IMG/VR virus record: IMGVR_UViG_3300024520_000210
Coordinates: 1 to 38,575 of that record
Direction: 5' to 3' (one strand)
Origin: a virus
Taxonomy: Duplodnaviria > Caudoviricetes
Length of the DNA: 38,575 nucleotides
The translations under genes and the position numbers were made by a program. How positions within the stretch are numbered: the stretch's first letter is position 1; each line of letters starts with the position of its first letter. The notes under the pieces are model-generated. The model saw nothing but the letters and a program-made list of their open reading frames with translations, was not told the origin of the DNA and did no database searches. Shown piece after piece: positions 25,083 to 34,542 of this stretch.

Positions 25083-26306
25083 TTATTTGTCGTTTAGAAA
25101 TTTAACTTTCTCTTCTAAAGCAGACATATATAGATCATACCATTTATGTGCGTGATTATGGATTGTGTACTTTAAGTCAACCTCTTTCTTCGCATCCATA
25201 CCCATTTTAATCCTAAATAAAGAATCGTCAACTAGTTTGCATATAGACTCAAACCAATCGTCTTCTGAATAACATATCATACCTGTCTTTCCATCCTCAA
25301 TATGCTGAACATAGGGTTTATAACCTGACACTATAGACGGTATCCCGTAGTGAGAATATTCTAACCATTTAATATTTGATTTTGATTTGTTAAATTTATT
25401 TACTTCGGGATCCACTAATGGGACAAGCCCAATATCCAGTAAATCCTCAGCAAATTTATCATAGAATTTATAAGGATCTACCCATTGAACATGCTCGCCT
25501 CCAATCTCAGCATACATGTTAACAAATGGTGCCCCCATAAATCTGAAATGAACATTATCTTTATATTTATCCTTAACTCTTTTAAGCGCTGGCATAATCA
25601 TCTTTAAATCATGATGATGACTGTCTCCTCCTTGCCAACCAATCAAAACATGATCTCTTTTCTTCTTTTTACCTTCTGGCATAACATCTGGATTTATATA
25701 GTTTGGCAATATAGCGATATTTTGATTCCATCCAGAAAATGTGTTGCCCAAATCTTCTGTCGTCGTCGTAATCACATCAGAATACATCTGCGCTCTAAAC
25801 ATTTTTAATAATCTAACTTTGTTCCTGTCTAAACTAAACACATAAGCCGATTTCTCTGCATCAGACTTATCTTCATATTCATTAATATGATCACATAATT
25901 CCCCATCCTTCCATGCCCACTTCCCATTCCCTAACTGTATATCTTCAAGCCCAGAATACCTGTAATAAGAGTTAGATGGATGAACATTAGAATAGTCGTC
26001 ATCGAACTCAGAAACAAATAATTTAGGTAGCTTTTCCATAATAGATAAATCATTATATCTAGTTAGTATATCGTTAGGATTTGCATATTGAAAAACAATA
26101 ACATCAGCCCAATCTAATGCTTCAGACATATATTTTCCTATGTTCTTCGAAAACTCCTTATTAGAAAAATCAATGCCCATAACCTCAATTAATCCTCTCT
26201 CAACTAATATCTCAAGAGGCCATTTTAATCTATAAAAAAAACAAAACCCTGTGCTTTTAGAAATTATACACACCCTCAATTTCCATCCTTTTGGTTTTTT
26301 TATCAT
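25083..26306 (-). CDS. Glycosyltransferase, GT-B fold (GT4-like)
   Basis: FYRLKWP, EFDDD, LPNYI, IGWQGGDSH, DIGLVPL..FNKSKSNIKWLEYS..GIPSIVS..IEDGKTG. Confidence 0.9.
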   Translation of the reverse strand: MIKKPKGWKLRVCIISKSTGFCFFYRLKWPLEILVERGLIEVMGIDFSNKEFSKNIGKYMSEALDWADVIVFQYANPNDILTRYNDLSIMEKLPKLFVSEFDDDYSNVHPSNSYYRYSGLEDIQLGNGKWAWKDGELCDHINEYEDKSDAEKSAYVFSLDRNKVRLLKMFRAQMYSDVITTTTEDLGNTFSGWNQNIAILPNYINPDVMPEGKKKKRDHVLIGWQGGDSHHHDLKMIMPALKRVKDKYKDNVHFRFMGAPFVNMYAEIGGEHVQWVDPYKFYDKFAEDLLDIGLVPLVDPEVNKFNKSKSNIKWLEYSHYGIPSIVSGYKPYVQHIEDGKTGMICYSEDDWFESICKLVDDSLFRIKMGMDAKKEVDLKYTIHNHAHKWYDLYMSALEEKVKFLNDK

Positions 26307-27004
26307 ATTGATAAGCCTAATATCCTGAAAAACTGTTCATACCCATAAAAATCTTTATCCTTTGCAAATCTTCTTAGATCTTTTTTAACTTTACTTCCTA
26401 CTAATAAGACTCCTAGACCATGCCCATGAGAAAAACTAAATGACGGATACTTTGTAGATATTTCGTTCCAGAGTCTCCATACTCCAAAATCTTCTTTTAC
26501 CTCAGACGTATCATGAAATAACATGACCCCCTGCTCACTCATTTTCGGTAACCAAGTTTCAAAGTCATGCTTTACCGCTTCGTATGTGTGAAACCCATCT
26601 ATATGACATAAATCTATATTATCAAGTTCAGGTAACTCAGCTGCCTCATCAAAAGTCATTCTCATAAGATAAGAAAACTCTCTGTAAAATGAATTTGCTG
26701 ATATTACAGATTGATAAACGTCTTCACCATAATTGCCCGCATGTTTATCGCCTTTCCAGGTATCTACAGAATAGCATTCTGTGTCAAACTTAAACTCCTT
26801 TACAACTTGACAAAAAGCAAAGTAAGAAGCGCCCATAAAAGAACCTAACTCAACTATTTTCTTTGGTTCAATCATCGCTGTTAAAAAAAATGCAAATGGT
26901 ACGTGCTGACGCCATGCTGAATAAGGAACATACCTAGGATGCATAAAAGCTGCCCGTCTATATTTCCTTGCGTATTTAAGATTTATGTTGTCTAAGAATT
27001 TCAT
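26303..27004 (-). CDS. Class I SAM-dependent methyltransferase (Methyltransf_24-like, sugar O-methyltransferase type)
   Basis: IVELGSFMGAS, VDTWKGD, IDLCHIDGFHTYEAV..DF, LFHD, GVW. Confidence 0.88.
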   Translation of the reverse strand: MKFLDNINLKYARKYRRAAFMHPRYVPYSAWRQHVPFAFFLTAMIEPKKIVELGSFMGASYFAFCQVVKEFKFDTECYSVDTWKGDKHAGNYGEDVYQSVISANSFYREFSYLMRMTFDEAAELPELDNIDLCHIDGFHTYEAVKHDFETWLPKMSEQGVMLFHDTSEVKEDFGVWRLWNEISTKYPSFSFSHGHGLGVLLVGSKVKKDLRRFAKDKDFYGYEQFFRILGLSI

Positions 27005-27701
27005 CGAGAGCCCCTAATGTCCTTGTGCATCCTTTACCATCTATCAAAACGTTTATTTTGTCATACAATCTAGGTTTTTTCTGGGTATCCCTGCCTAATA
27101 TTTCAATTCCATGCGCTTCTGCTGTTATATCAAACGTAGACATTAAGTCTGTATAAATAACCTTTGCATTCTCATATAGATATTTACACTTCTTAAAATG
27201 AAGTTGCCCAAAACCTTGCCACCTATTGCTGAACATTGGATTTAAATCTTTATAAAGATTTCTTTGAGTATCATCAACCACAGAAGTAACATAGTTTTCA
27301 CAGTCATATTGTTTGCAATAATCCTGGATCTGAACTTTAGTTAAAGGGTCATGATTCCATTTGTCAGGCATTCCATGGTTTTCCATTCGAGCATGCTGTG
27401 GACAATAAACAAAAAATCTAGGATTCCTCCTTAACGGAATCGTTTGATCTAAATAGACGCTCCCGACATGCCAGGCCTTCATTCCAGCCTCTTTTAGGTT
27501 TTTATACGTCCATTCATTACTGCATAAATAGTATATATGATCATAATACTGTTTTTTTTCTACAACATGATTATCTGGTATCCCGTGTTCGATCCATACC
27601 ATTGGAGATTCATAAATGTCGTGCTCAATGTCTAATGTCCAGAACAAAAACATTTTTTGAGCATATGTCTCAGGAATCCAGTCAACGTGTGGATGACTCA
27701 T
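26976..27701 (-). CDS. Putative GT-B transferase, TagF/KpsS-like; candidate nonulosonyl-transferase
   Basis: Ordered motifs IEHGIP, VGSVYLD, VYCPQH, VIYTDLMST, DGKGCTR resemble WHGTP, GxPRxD, YAPTWR, ITDYSS, DGxxxxR. Confidence 0.5.
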   Translation of the reverse strand: MSHPHVDWIPETYAQKMFLFWTLDIEHDIYESPMVWIEHGIPDNHVVEKKQYYDHIYYLCSNEWTYKNLKEAGMKAWHVGSVYLDQTIPLRRNPRFFVYCPQHARMENHGMPDKWNHDPLTKVQIQDYCKQYDCENYVTSVVDDTQRNLYKDLNPMFSNRWQGFGQLHFKKCKYLYENAKVIYTDLMSTFDITAEAHGIEILGRDTQKKPRLYDKINVLIDGKGCTRTLGALDEILRQHKS

Positions 27702-28042
27702 ACAATTCTATTATGAAATAGGTATGGATGATATTTATTTGCCCATTTCATTAATTCTTTATTATTGTTTCGAATTTCCTTTGGTAAAAGAACAAAAGCA
27801 TCTTGAGGAATATCAACCTCATGCTTTAAATTCCCCTTTGTACCATTGTAATTAGTCCATCCTTTATCATGTATATAGTCAGCTTTTTTTTCATCTAGAT
27901 AGCTTCTGTTTTCTTTGTCTTTCATCCACTTATGTACAAGCTGATTAGCCATTTCCACTTTCTGGTCGAAATCAGAAGCCATCGGATCAATTCGAGATAG
28001 ATCTACATCAGAGGCAATTGCTAATTCTTGAAAAGTAAACAT
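27698..28042 (-). CDS. Hypothetical protein following capsid gene
   Basis: AGGAGG SD; 114 aa. Confidence 0.75.
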   Translation of the reverse strand: MFTFQELAIASDVDLSRIDPMASDFDQKVEMANQLVHKWMKDKENRSYLDEKKADYIHDKGWTNYNGTKGNLKHEVDIPQDAFVLLPKEIRNNNKELMKWANKYHPYLFHNRIV

Positions 28043-28075
28043 AACATCCTCCTATACATTGTGATGGACAAAGGT

Positions 28076-28110
28076 AAAAAAACGGGGAGAATGCTACAAC
28101 AAACTCCCCG
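28076..28110 (-). terminator. Rho-independent terminator after major capsid gene
   Basis: Minus strand CGGGGAG-N14-CTCCCCG followed by T7. Confidence 0.8.
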
Positions 28111-28121
28111 CTTGATTATAC

Positions 28122-29033
28122 CTAAGAGGCGGTTATTTTTCCACCGGCCTTTTGGGTCTTACCATCTAATGTTAGCTCACCAACAATAGCGATTCTTGTG
28201 CTATCCGTTGTTTTTGCCAACTTCATTTGTGTAAAACGCCTTAGATAACTTACTTCCCACATATCAAGAGCAACCGCGAGCACGTTTGCATCAGGTACAT
28301 ATCTATCAAGTATAACGTTAACTGTTCCGAAGTCAGAGTCGTATACGTTAATTGATAGGATTTGAGTCTTTCGCTCAGCTTCGACATTTCGAGTTACTTT
28401 AGTAGAAAGTTTTGAAATTCGTCGCTTACGATCACCTCCAACAAGTACGGTGTCAGGCGCTTGTCCTGTTGTCCACATTTGATCGAACATATCATTTAAT
28501 ATTTCTTCAAATGCAGCAAGATTAGCGTCACTAGTACCCGTCCAAGTTGCTCCAGTTAAATCAGCCGTTGCTGTATTTGTAACTATTTTTGCAACAAGTC
28601 CATTCAAGCTACGAGCTGTCGCTGTGTTTCCTGAGGCTGAAGTTCCTTGAATAAAAGCTTCTTCAACATCAGTGGCTAACTCAGTAAATCGTTTTTTAAT
28701 TTGGTATGCAATTTCAGAACTAACTCCACCATATTTAGCGGTTACTTCTTGAGTCCCAGTTACATTAATAACTTTCTTAAAGATTTGCATATAATTCGAC
28801 TCTGTAGATCGTGTCTGAATTGTATCGTCAGAAAGCGTTCCACCTTCAGCGATTGCATTATCTTTATTTGCTGCCGCTAGAGCATCTGTAACGTTCTCTT
28901 TAAGACGAGCCACCCCAGAGTTAGAGCCAATCAACGAAAAGAATGGTGAATCCTTAGGGGATACATTTGTTACGAAATCCGATACATCACGAGCATTTAC
29001 CTGCGCCTGATAGGTGCTGTATAAAGTTGCCAT
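28122..29033 (-). CDS. Major capsid protein (DUF5309 / SU10-like)
   Basis: RDVSDFVTNVSPKDSPF, NYMQIFKKVINVTGT, YDSDFG, LAKT, GELTL. Confidence 0.9.
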   Translation of the reverse strand: MATLYSTYQAQVNARDVSDFVTNVSPKDSPFFSLIGSNSGVARLKENVTDALAAANKDNAIAEGGTLSDDTIQTRSTESNYMQIFKKVINVTGTQEVTAKYGGVSSEIAYQIKKRFTELATDVEEAFIQGTSASGNTATARSLNGLVAKIVTNTATADLTGATWTGTSDANLAAFEEILNDMFDQMWTTGQAPDTVLVGGDRKRRISKLSTKVTRNVEAERKTQILSINVYDSDFGTVNVILDRYVPDANVLAVALDMWEVSYLRRFTQMKLAKTTDSTRIAIVGELTLDGKTQKAGGKITAS

Positions 29034-29053
29034 TTATTTTCTCCTTATTTAAA

Positions 29054-29875
29054 TTAAATATCTAATTGGGAGATGATGTCTTCTGTAATTTCCTTTTGTA
29101 AAAAGTCAGTAGCTTCTTTTTTATTAGTAGAGTCTCTGTTGTTTAGAATATTTATTGCTTTTCTTCTAACAGCCTGAGATTCAGAATTACTATTCTTAGA
29201 GGCAGGAAGTGAACCTGAGTGCCCACTAAAAACTTTGTCAGGGTTACTTACTTGCGAGTTTTTGACTGACTTAGGTTTACTAGCTGAATACATGCCATGA
29301 ACCTCCGCCAAACTAACTTCTCCAGCTTTCAGCATACTTTTGATAGATGGCTTATCTTTTAAATAAGACAACATATCTTCAACAAATTCGTCTCTGTTTT
29401 TATTTAGTTCAGGATTATTCTCGAAAAATCGAGATTCTTGGTCTTCCAATTTCTTTTTAGACCCTTCATTCTGCATACCTTGAACCGCATCTGTTAACTT
29501 ACTAATATTATCTTTTAACTGCTGATTTTCATTAAATAGAAATTTTTGCGTGTCGTCCATATATTCTGTTGGATCAACTTCATCATCTTGACTATCTCCC
29601 TTGTCTAAAACAGATAGTTTACCTTCCATCTGAGCTAGTCTTCTCTCTAGATCCTGAGCTCTTGAGCGTTCTTCATCTCTTTGTTTTTTTAATTTATCAA
29701 GACGAATACTAGCATTTGGAATATCTTCTAACTGCTCATCATCAGATAACTGAGCCGCGCTATCTGGTTTTGGCTCCCCCGCTGGTTCTCCCTCAAATAA
29801 CTGGTTGAAGACTGCTTCACCCATTTCTTTGGTTAACGCTTCCGGGTTTTTAATTTCGATATCTTCTAAAGACAT
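29054..29875 (-). CDS. Scaffolding protein
   Basis: Acidic coiled-coil protein between portal and capsid. Confidence 0.75.
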   Translation of the reverse strand: MSLEDIEIKNPEALTKEMGEAVFNQLFEGEPAGEPKPDSAAQLSDDEQLEDIPNASIRLDKLKKQRDEERSRAQDLERRLAQMEGKLSVLDKGDSQDDEVDPTEYMDDTQKFLFNENQQLKDNISKLTDAVQGMQNEGSKKKLEDQESRFFENNPELNKNRDEFVEDMLSYLKDKPSIKSMLKAGEVSLAEVHGMYSASKPKSVKNSQVSNPDKVFSGHSGSLPASKNSNSESQAVRRKAINILNNRDSTNKKEATDFLQKEITEDIISQLDI

Positions 29876-29941
29876 TTGTTTCTCCTTAACGTCTGTTTTA
29901 CGTGGGTGACGACCACGACGGATTTAGGTTTTTAGAGTTGT

Positions 29942-30193
29942 CTAAGTGACAATCTCTTCTCCACGAATAATAAATTCATGAATAACCTCGTTCACCAACA
30001 TTATACCATCCTCTTGTCTGACGCAAGCCATAACAAAAGAGGGGTCATCTGATTGACTACGTTTTAGTCTTAATGCCTCAATAGCATCCTTTAAAACTTT
30101 ATCTACTATTTTCCAACCACTACTGAGTCCCAATTCCCTAACTAGATTAGCTTCTTCAATGGCCAATCTAGTCTCATCACTTTGTTGCTCCAT
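29942..30193 (-). CDS. Small conserved post-portal protein
   Basis: SSGWKIV helix motif; TAATG coupling to portal. Confidence 0.7.
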   Translation of the reverse strand: MEQQSDETRLAIEEANLVRELGLSSGWKIVDKVLKDAIEALRLKRSQSDDPSFVMACVRQEDGIMLVNEVIHEFIIRGEEIVT

Positions 30194-32217
30194 TAGTTGG
30201 TTCTTAACTCCTGTTTCTCAACTGGACCTGGTGCAGCTGAGTTCGCTCTATCTGTTTGCTTTAATTCACCTTGAAGTCTCTTCGCTTCTGAAAACAAATC
30301 TTTATTTTGCTCACCCACATTCTCTAGCGCTTGCTGTAATTGCTGTATTAGCTGTGATTGTTTATTAACTAAATTATCTGGATTAATAAATTTAGCCAAC
30401 TTCGGTGATAGAGATAGCGCGATCTCCTGAAGCATAGGGACTACGTCCAATGTCTCAAAGAATTTGTCGTTTATACCCGCGATACTTAATAACTCAAGTA
30501 TTGAATCTCGATATTCTCTCTCTTTCAAAAACTGAGATCCACTTGAAACGGTTATCTTGTATTGACCAACAATCTCAGAAGGACTCTGTAGTTTACTTGT
30601 TACTGTCCCATCTTGCCCTTGTATCGGAATTAAAACTTCTTCGTCAAAGAATTGAATAATAATGTCCCATACTTTCTGAAGCGTTCTTTCAATCATTCTT
30701 TTCTCAAACTTACGTACAAATCTGCTGAATTGCGACCTTGTTTGTGATAACAATGTCCCTAACGCTTTACCTGATCTATCAACCTGCGTACCGGTCGGAG
30801 CCCCTGATGCTAATGACGTAGCCCCAGTCCCCGCTTGTATCATCGACTGTAATCTAAGCATCTCACTATTTAAATGATTTAGAGGGACATCAACAAGGAT
30901 CTTATTTACTGAACCCTTTACCTTTGTAAACAACGCCTTGTTCGGCTGCTTCCTTGCAAGAATAAGGTCAGACGCCTTTATTCCTGATCCCTGTAATACC
31001 TCAATTGGCCCATTTAAATTGAATGTCAAACCATCTAATGACTGGTTCTCTTTATCATTCATTTGGAACTGCAACTTCTCATAAGGGCTGATCACAGAAT
31101 CTGAATTAAACTCACCAACCATGCTGTCGTAATTACATCCTGAGAAGGTTTTAAAACCCCCAATAACTGGTGAAATCATGCATCTTAAACAGTGCTGACG
31201 CTCACCAATATCAATCCAGAACTGTCGTCGTAGCTTTATGCCAGTATTCTCGTCCTGAGTAGTAAATAGCCCCTGGAACCTTAATACCTCGTATGTCTTG
31301 GTCGAATCATTATCTTTTTTAACAGATAAATCATCCATAAATGACTTCCCGTCCCCTGATCCGTCAACATCTGATGATGCTCTGTCTCCATAGTTAGGTT
31401 CATTCCTTAATAAGTTTGTTACTGATGCTGAATTATATACACCACGCTCAGACATCTCGATCAATCTTTGCGGAGTTAATGCATCTCTGTAAATAATGTC
31501 GTCTTTCTCTGGATCGTCAGATAAATGATTTACATACATCCTGTAAATATCCCTGACCTCAACCCTGATCGTCGGCTTATCCTCATCGATTTTAACTATC
31601 TCAAAGTCAGTTCTCGTTACTGGCTGCCCATCCTCGCCAATTAACGCGTCCCCAGACTCTGGGTCAACAACCGGTTTCACAACCTTTTGTCGATATACAC
31701 CTGTTACTTTATTCTTGTCATAAACTGTCTCTACCCAAGTAGAGTCATATATCAACGCCTGTTTCTCAGCTAATGAGAAATTATATACATAGTCCTCCAT
31801 ATCAGAATAATATTTAATCATTCCATATGCTTCTCGTGACATCTCTAAACTTAACGGATCATTACCTCGGTCTTCTACGCTGAAGTAGTCGTCTCTGCCA
31901 AATAATGCGTTATTCGCCTCTGAGTCAATAACATCTACTGATTTACGTAACTCAGGATTAAATACTTCTGCAACACCATCATAACTATGGTCACTCTTTA
32001 AATATATTGCCTTGTATATCCGATACCTTTTGTCCCAGTCTCTGGCTAAATCTACGTCTTTGCCACCTCTCCTGAAACACCGCATATCTCTATATAGCTC
32101 AAAAGTCTCTACCACATGGTCAATAGCCTTTTGTGAAACTCGCTTATTCCCAGACATATCGTCAGGAACTAACTTCGAATCATATAAATCGTCTAATTCT
32201 AATTTGTCGCTAGCCAT
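30193..32217 (-). CDS. Portal protein
   Basis: 674 aa after terminase; TGAT..G segment, Q-rich C-terminal helix. Confidence 0.85.
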   Translation of the reverse strand: MASDKLELDDLYDSKLVPDDMSGNKRVSQKAIDHVVETFELYRDMRCFRRGGKDVDLARDWDKRYRIYKAIYLKSDHSYDGVAEVFNPELRKSVDVIDSEANNALFGRDDYFSVEDRGNDPLSLEMSREAYGMIKYYSDMEDYVYNFSLAEKQALIYDSTWVETVYDKNKVTGVYRQKVVKPVVDPESGDALIGEDGQPVTRTDFEIVKIDEDKPTIRVEVRDIYRMYVNHLSDDPEKDDIIYRDALTPQRLIEMSERGVYNSASVTNLLRNEPNYGDRASSDVDGSGDGKSFMDDLSVKKDNDSTKTYEVLRFQGLFTTQDENTGIKLRRQFWIDIGERQHCLRCMISPVIGGFKTFSGCNYDSMVGEFNSDSVISPYEKLQFQMNDKENQSLDGLTFNLNGPIEVLQGSGIKASDLILARKQPNKALFTKVKGSVNKILVDVPLNHLNSEMLRLQSMIQAGTGATSLASGAPTGTQVDRSGKALGTLLSQTRSQFSRFVRKFEKRMIERTLQKVWDIIIQFFDEEVLIPIQGQDGTVTSKLQSPSEIVGQYKITVSSGSQFLKEREYRDSILELLSIAGINDKFFETLDVVPMLQEIALSLSPKLAKFINPDNLVNKQSQLIQQLQQALENVGEQNKDLFSEAKRLQGELKQTDRANSAAPGPVEKQELRTN

Positions 32218-32240
32218 TTTTTCTATTATACCCCATTCTT

Positions 32241-34106
32241 CTATCCATACAACGCTATCTCTTCCTGCTCCATAACTGTAGGGAATAACCCCTCCTCAAT
32301 CAACCAGTCTACTGTATTAACCTTAGATCTCGGTGTGTCCCTGTCCTCACTTAACTCTACCTGAACCTCCCATGCATCGGCCAAACAATCAATGACGTCG
32401 TCATGTTTCCCTAAACTTGTAGCTGATACCTGACTCAATTCTTCTTCTAACTCGATATGGTCGTGCTGCCAAAATAACTTATTAGCTTTTATTGGACCTT
32501 TTAACGACTTTATCCTGAATATCTTCCGTATCTGCTGTCTAGATATCTCGTGTACATAAAAAAAGCTCGTGCGCTTCTCCATCTCATACTCTAACATACG
32601 CTTAAATGTCTTCTGGAACGCCACCTGCTCCATCGTTAATATCTCACAGCTCCACTTCTTTAATAAATAAAATAGCATATCTATCTGCTCATATGGATCG
32701 CTTGACCTGAACCGCTCATACTCCAATACATATAAGTTACTGCTCTCGTCCATGCCAGTTATCATAAATACCGTGTAGTCAGCACCCTCTTTCTCAGAGA
32801 GGGCAAGGTCAGTTGTTAGCAATATATTTAAATTGTTGTTATTTACAGAAACTACTCCGGTGGCTGAATCCGTGCGTATATCCGAATCATCAAAGTACTG
32901 ATACTCCTCACGAGAGAAGACCGCCATCGCGCCGCTCGTCGGGTTGTTCTGGTACTCTTGGGCAAATGTCTCTGGATCTGTTTCTCGAAGGCCTTGTAAC
33001 TCGACAAGTGGCTTGAACTCCTCCCACAACGCTGTTTCTTTACCATCATCACCTTTTGTGATTGCCTGGTACCATAGCACCTGCCACGGTAAATAGTCTT
33101 TAACTTTGTTCTCGGAGATGTTCTTTAATAACGAGTCCATGTGTAATATCGTGCCCGTGATTATTACCCTGCCGTTTCTTGACTTAGCCGGTAATAATGC
33201 CTGAGTAAACCATCGCCTTAACTTCTCTCGCCTGTCTTTACTGCTTACCTGCTCGTCTTCCTCAAGGTCATCTATATAAAATAGGTCCGGCCTACCCTTC
33301 TCGTTCGCTCCCCTTATCTTCTGGCCAGCCCCCTTAGCCACAACCTTTATTCCGTTATTTGTCTGGAACTCCGTGTCTGCCCACTTATCCTTGTTCTTCA
33401 AATACCCGAAGATCTCTAGTATTAAGTCGTTATCTGTTAACTGGTCTCGTATCCATCTTAAATTCTGGGCAGACATATCCTCACTAGCCCCAACTATTAT
33501 CGTGTACCTCGTTAACCCATACAAAATCTGATGCAATATATACTTCCTAGCTGTCGTTGATTTCGCATGGCCACGTGGACACACCACACAGCTTCTCGGT
33601 GCCGCATTGTACAAATTCACCATCTCAAAATGAAACTGCGCTGTATCTACCCTATCCTGTAAATCACTAAAAAAATCCCGGTCAAATGCCGGGAAGTCAT
33701 ACCGATATACAATCTTCTTCTCCTCGTTATCTAACCTTTTTAAGACCTTGTAGATCGTCTTCAACTCAGCCTCCGCCTTATTCCTGGCAGCCTTTATAGC
33801 CTTCGTCTTCAACTCGTCCTTCTGCTCTCGGATCTTCTCAAGGATATTCTGCTCGTAATCAGGCATATCATTCTTTAACGCGTTATCGTTACTGCCCTTA
33901 AAATGATTTATCCCATTCGCTGCTGTCACGATCTTACTCGTCGGACTGGCTGAATCGTCGCCGTCTGGCTTCGGGTGCTCCTTGTCGAATCGCCACAATG
34001 GATCTCCCTTAGCCCTAGCAACTTCCCTCAACTCCAGCCAGTCCGCTAAGTCATGTTTACCCTGATCCCTTAATAAACGTACTCGCCTCTTAGTGGACCC
34101 AGGCAT
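32241..34106 (-). CDS. terL: Terminase large subunit
   Basis: Walker A PRGHAKST, Walker B FYIDDLE, GTILH, FAQEYQN, nuclease TDLA..ADYT and HDDVIDCLA. Confidence 0.95.
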   Translation of the reverse strand: MPGSTKRRVRLLRDQGKHDLADWLELREVARAKGDPLWRFDKEHPKPDGDDSASPTSKIVTAANGINHFKGSNDNALKNDMPDYEQNILEKIREQKDELKTKAIKAARNKAEAELKTIYKVLKRLDNEEKKIVYRYDFPAFDRDFFSDLQDRVDTAQFHFEMVNLYNAAPRSCVVCPRGHAKSTTARKYILHQILYGLTRYTIIVGASEDMSAQNLRWIRDQLTDNDLILEIFGYLKNKDKWADTEFQTNNGIKVVAKGAGQKIRGANEKGRPDLFYIDDLEEDEQVSSKDRREKLRRWFTQALLPAKSRNGRVIITGTILHMDSLLKNISENKVKDYLPWQVLWYQAITKGDDGKETALWEEFKPLVELQGLRETDPETFAQEYQNNPTSGAMAVFSREEYQYFDDSDIRTDSATGVVSVNNNNLNILLTTDLALSEKEGADYTVFMITGMDESSNLYVLEYERFRSSDPYEQIDMLFYLLKKWSCEILTMEQVAFQKTFKRMLEYEMEKRTSFFYVHEISRQQIRKIFRIKSLKGPIKANKLFWQHDHIELEEELSQVSATSLGKHDDVIDCLADAWEVQVELSEDRDTPRSKVNTVDWLIEEGLFPTVMEQEEIALYG

Positions 34107-34107
34107 T

Positions 34108-34254
34108 CTACTTCCGCTTAGGTGCGCCCATCCTTACAACCGGTCCCTCAGTCCCCTTACTCAAACCTACCGTGTTTCCTGCCTTGCCCGTGTTGGTCTT
34201 ATTCATGCTGCCTGGTTGCCCATTCACACCAATCTTACCTTTTGTCATAGTCAT
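34108..34254 (-). CDS. Small Gly/Lys-rich protein (48 aa, not in ORF track)
   Basis: AGGAG SD; MTMTKGKIGVNGQPGSMNKTNTGKAGNTVGLSKGTEGPVVRMGAPKRK*; fills the gap before terL. Confidence 0.65.
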   Translation of the reverse strand: MTMTKGKIGVNGQPGSMNKTNTGKAGNTVGLSKGTEGPVVRMGAPKRK

Positions 34255-34265
34255 AACTCGTCTCC

Positions 34266-34508
34266 TTAAATATCTTTTATTGAAATTGCCTGCCCGTTTA
34301 CCGACTCATCCATCATGCCCGGCTGTACCATGCCCCTCGGTAATATCGGCGTTAATGCGTCACCCCTCACTACCTTCGGCTCTATCCCAACCTGTCTCGG
34401 AAATTGGCCGCCAACTCTCGGGGGCCGTCCCTTACCAGGAAATGGATTCGGTCGACTACTACCCTCAACTGTCTTTATTCCCATCGCCCTTAATTCTTTT
34501 GCACTCAT
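34266..34508 (-). CDS. Small Pro/Gly-rich hypothetical protein
   Basis: Strong SD AGGAGGTGA before ATG 34508 (ORF track start 34526). Confidence 0.65.
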   Translation of the reverse strand: MSAKELRAMGIKTVEGSSRPNPFPGKGRPPRVGGQFPRQVGIEPKVVRGDALTPILPRGMVQPGMMDESVNGQAISIKDI

Positions 34509-34542
34509 TTTCTCACCTCCTATCATTTTAAGTTACTGTTGA

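Noticed and set aside
26303-27004. DNA methyltransferase
   Set aside because: Lacks DPPY/NPPY or PC motifs; pattern fits small-molecule/sugar O-methyltransferases
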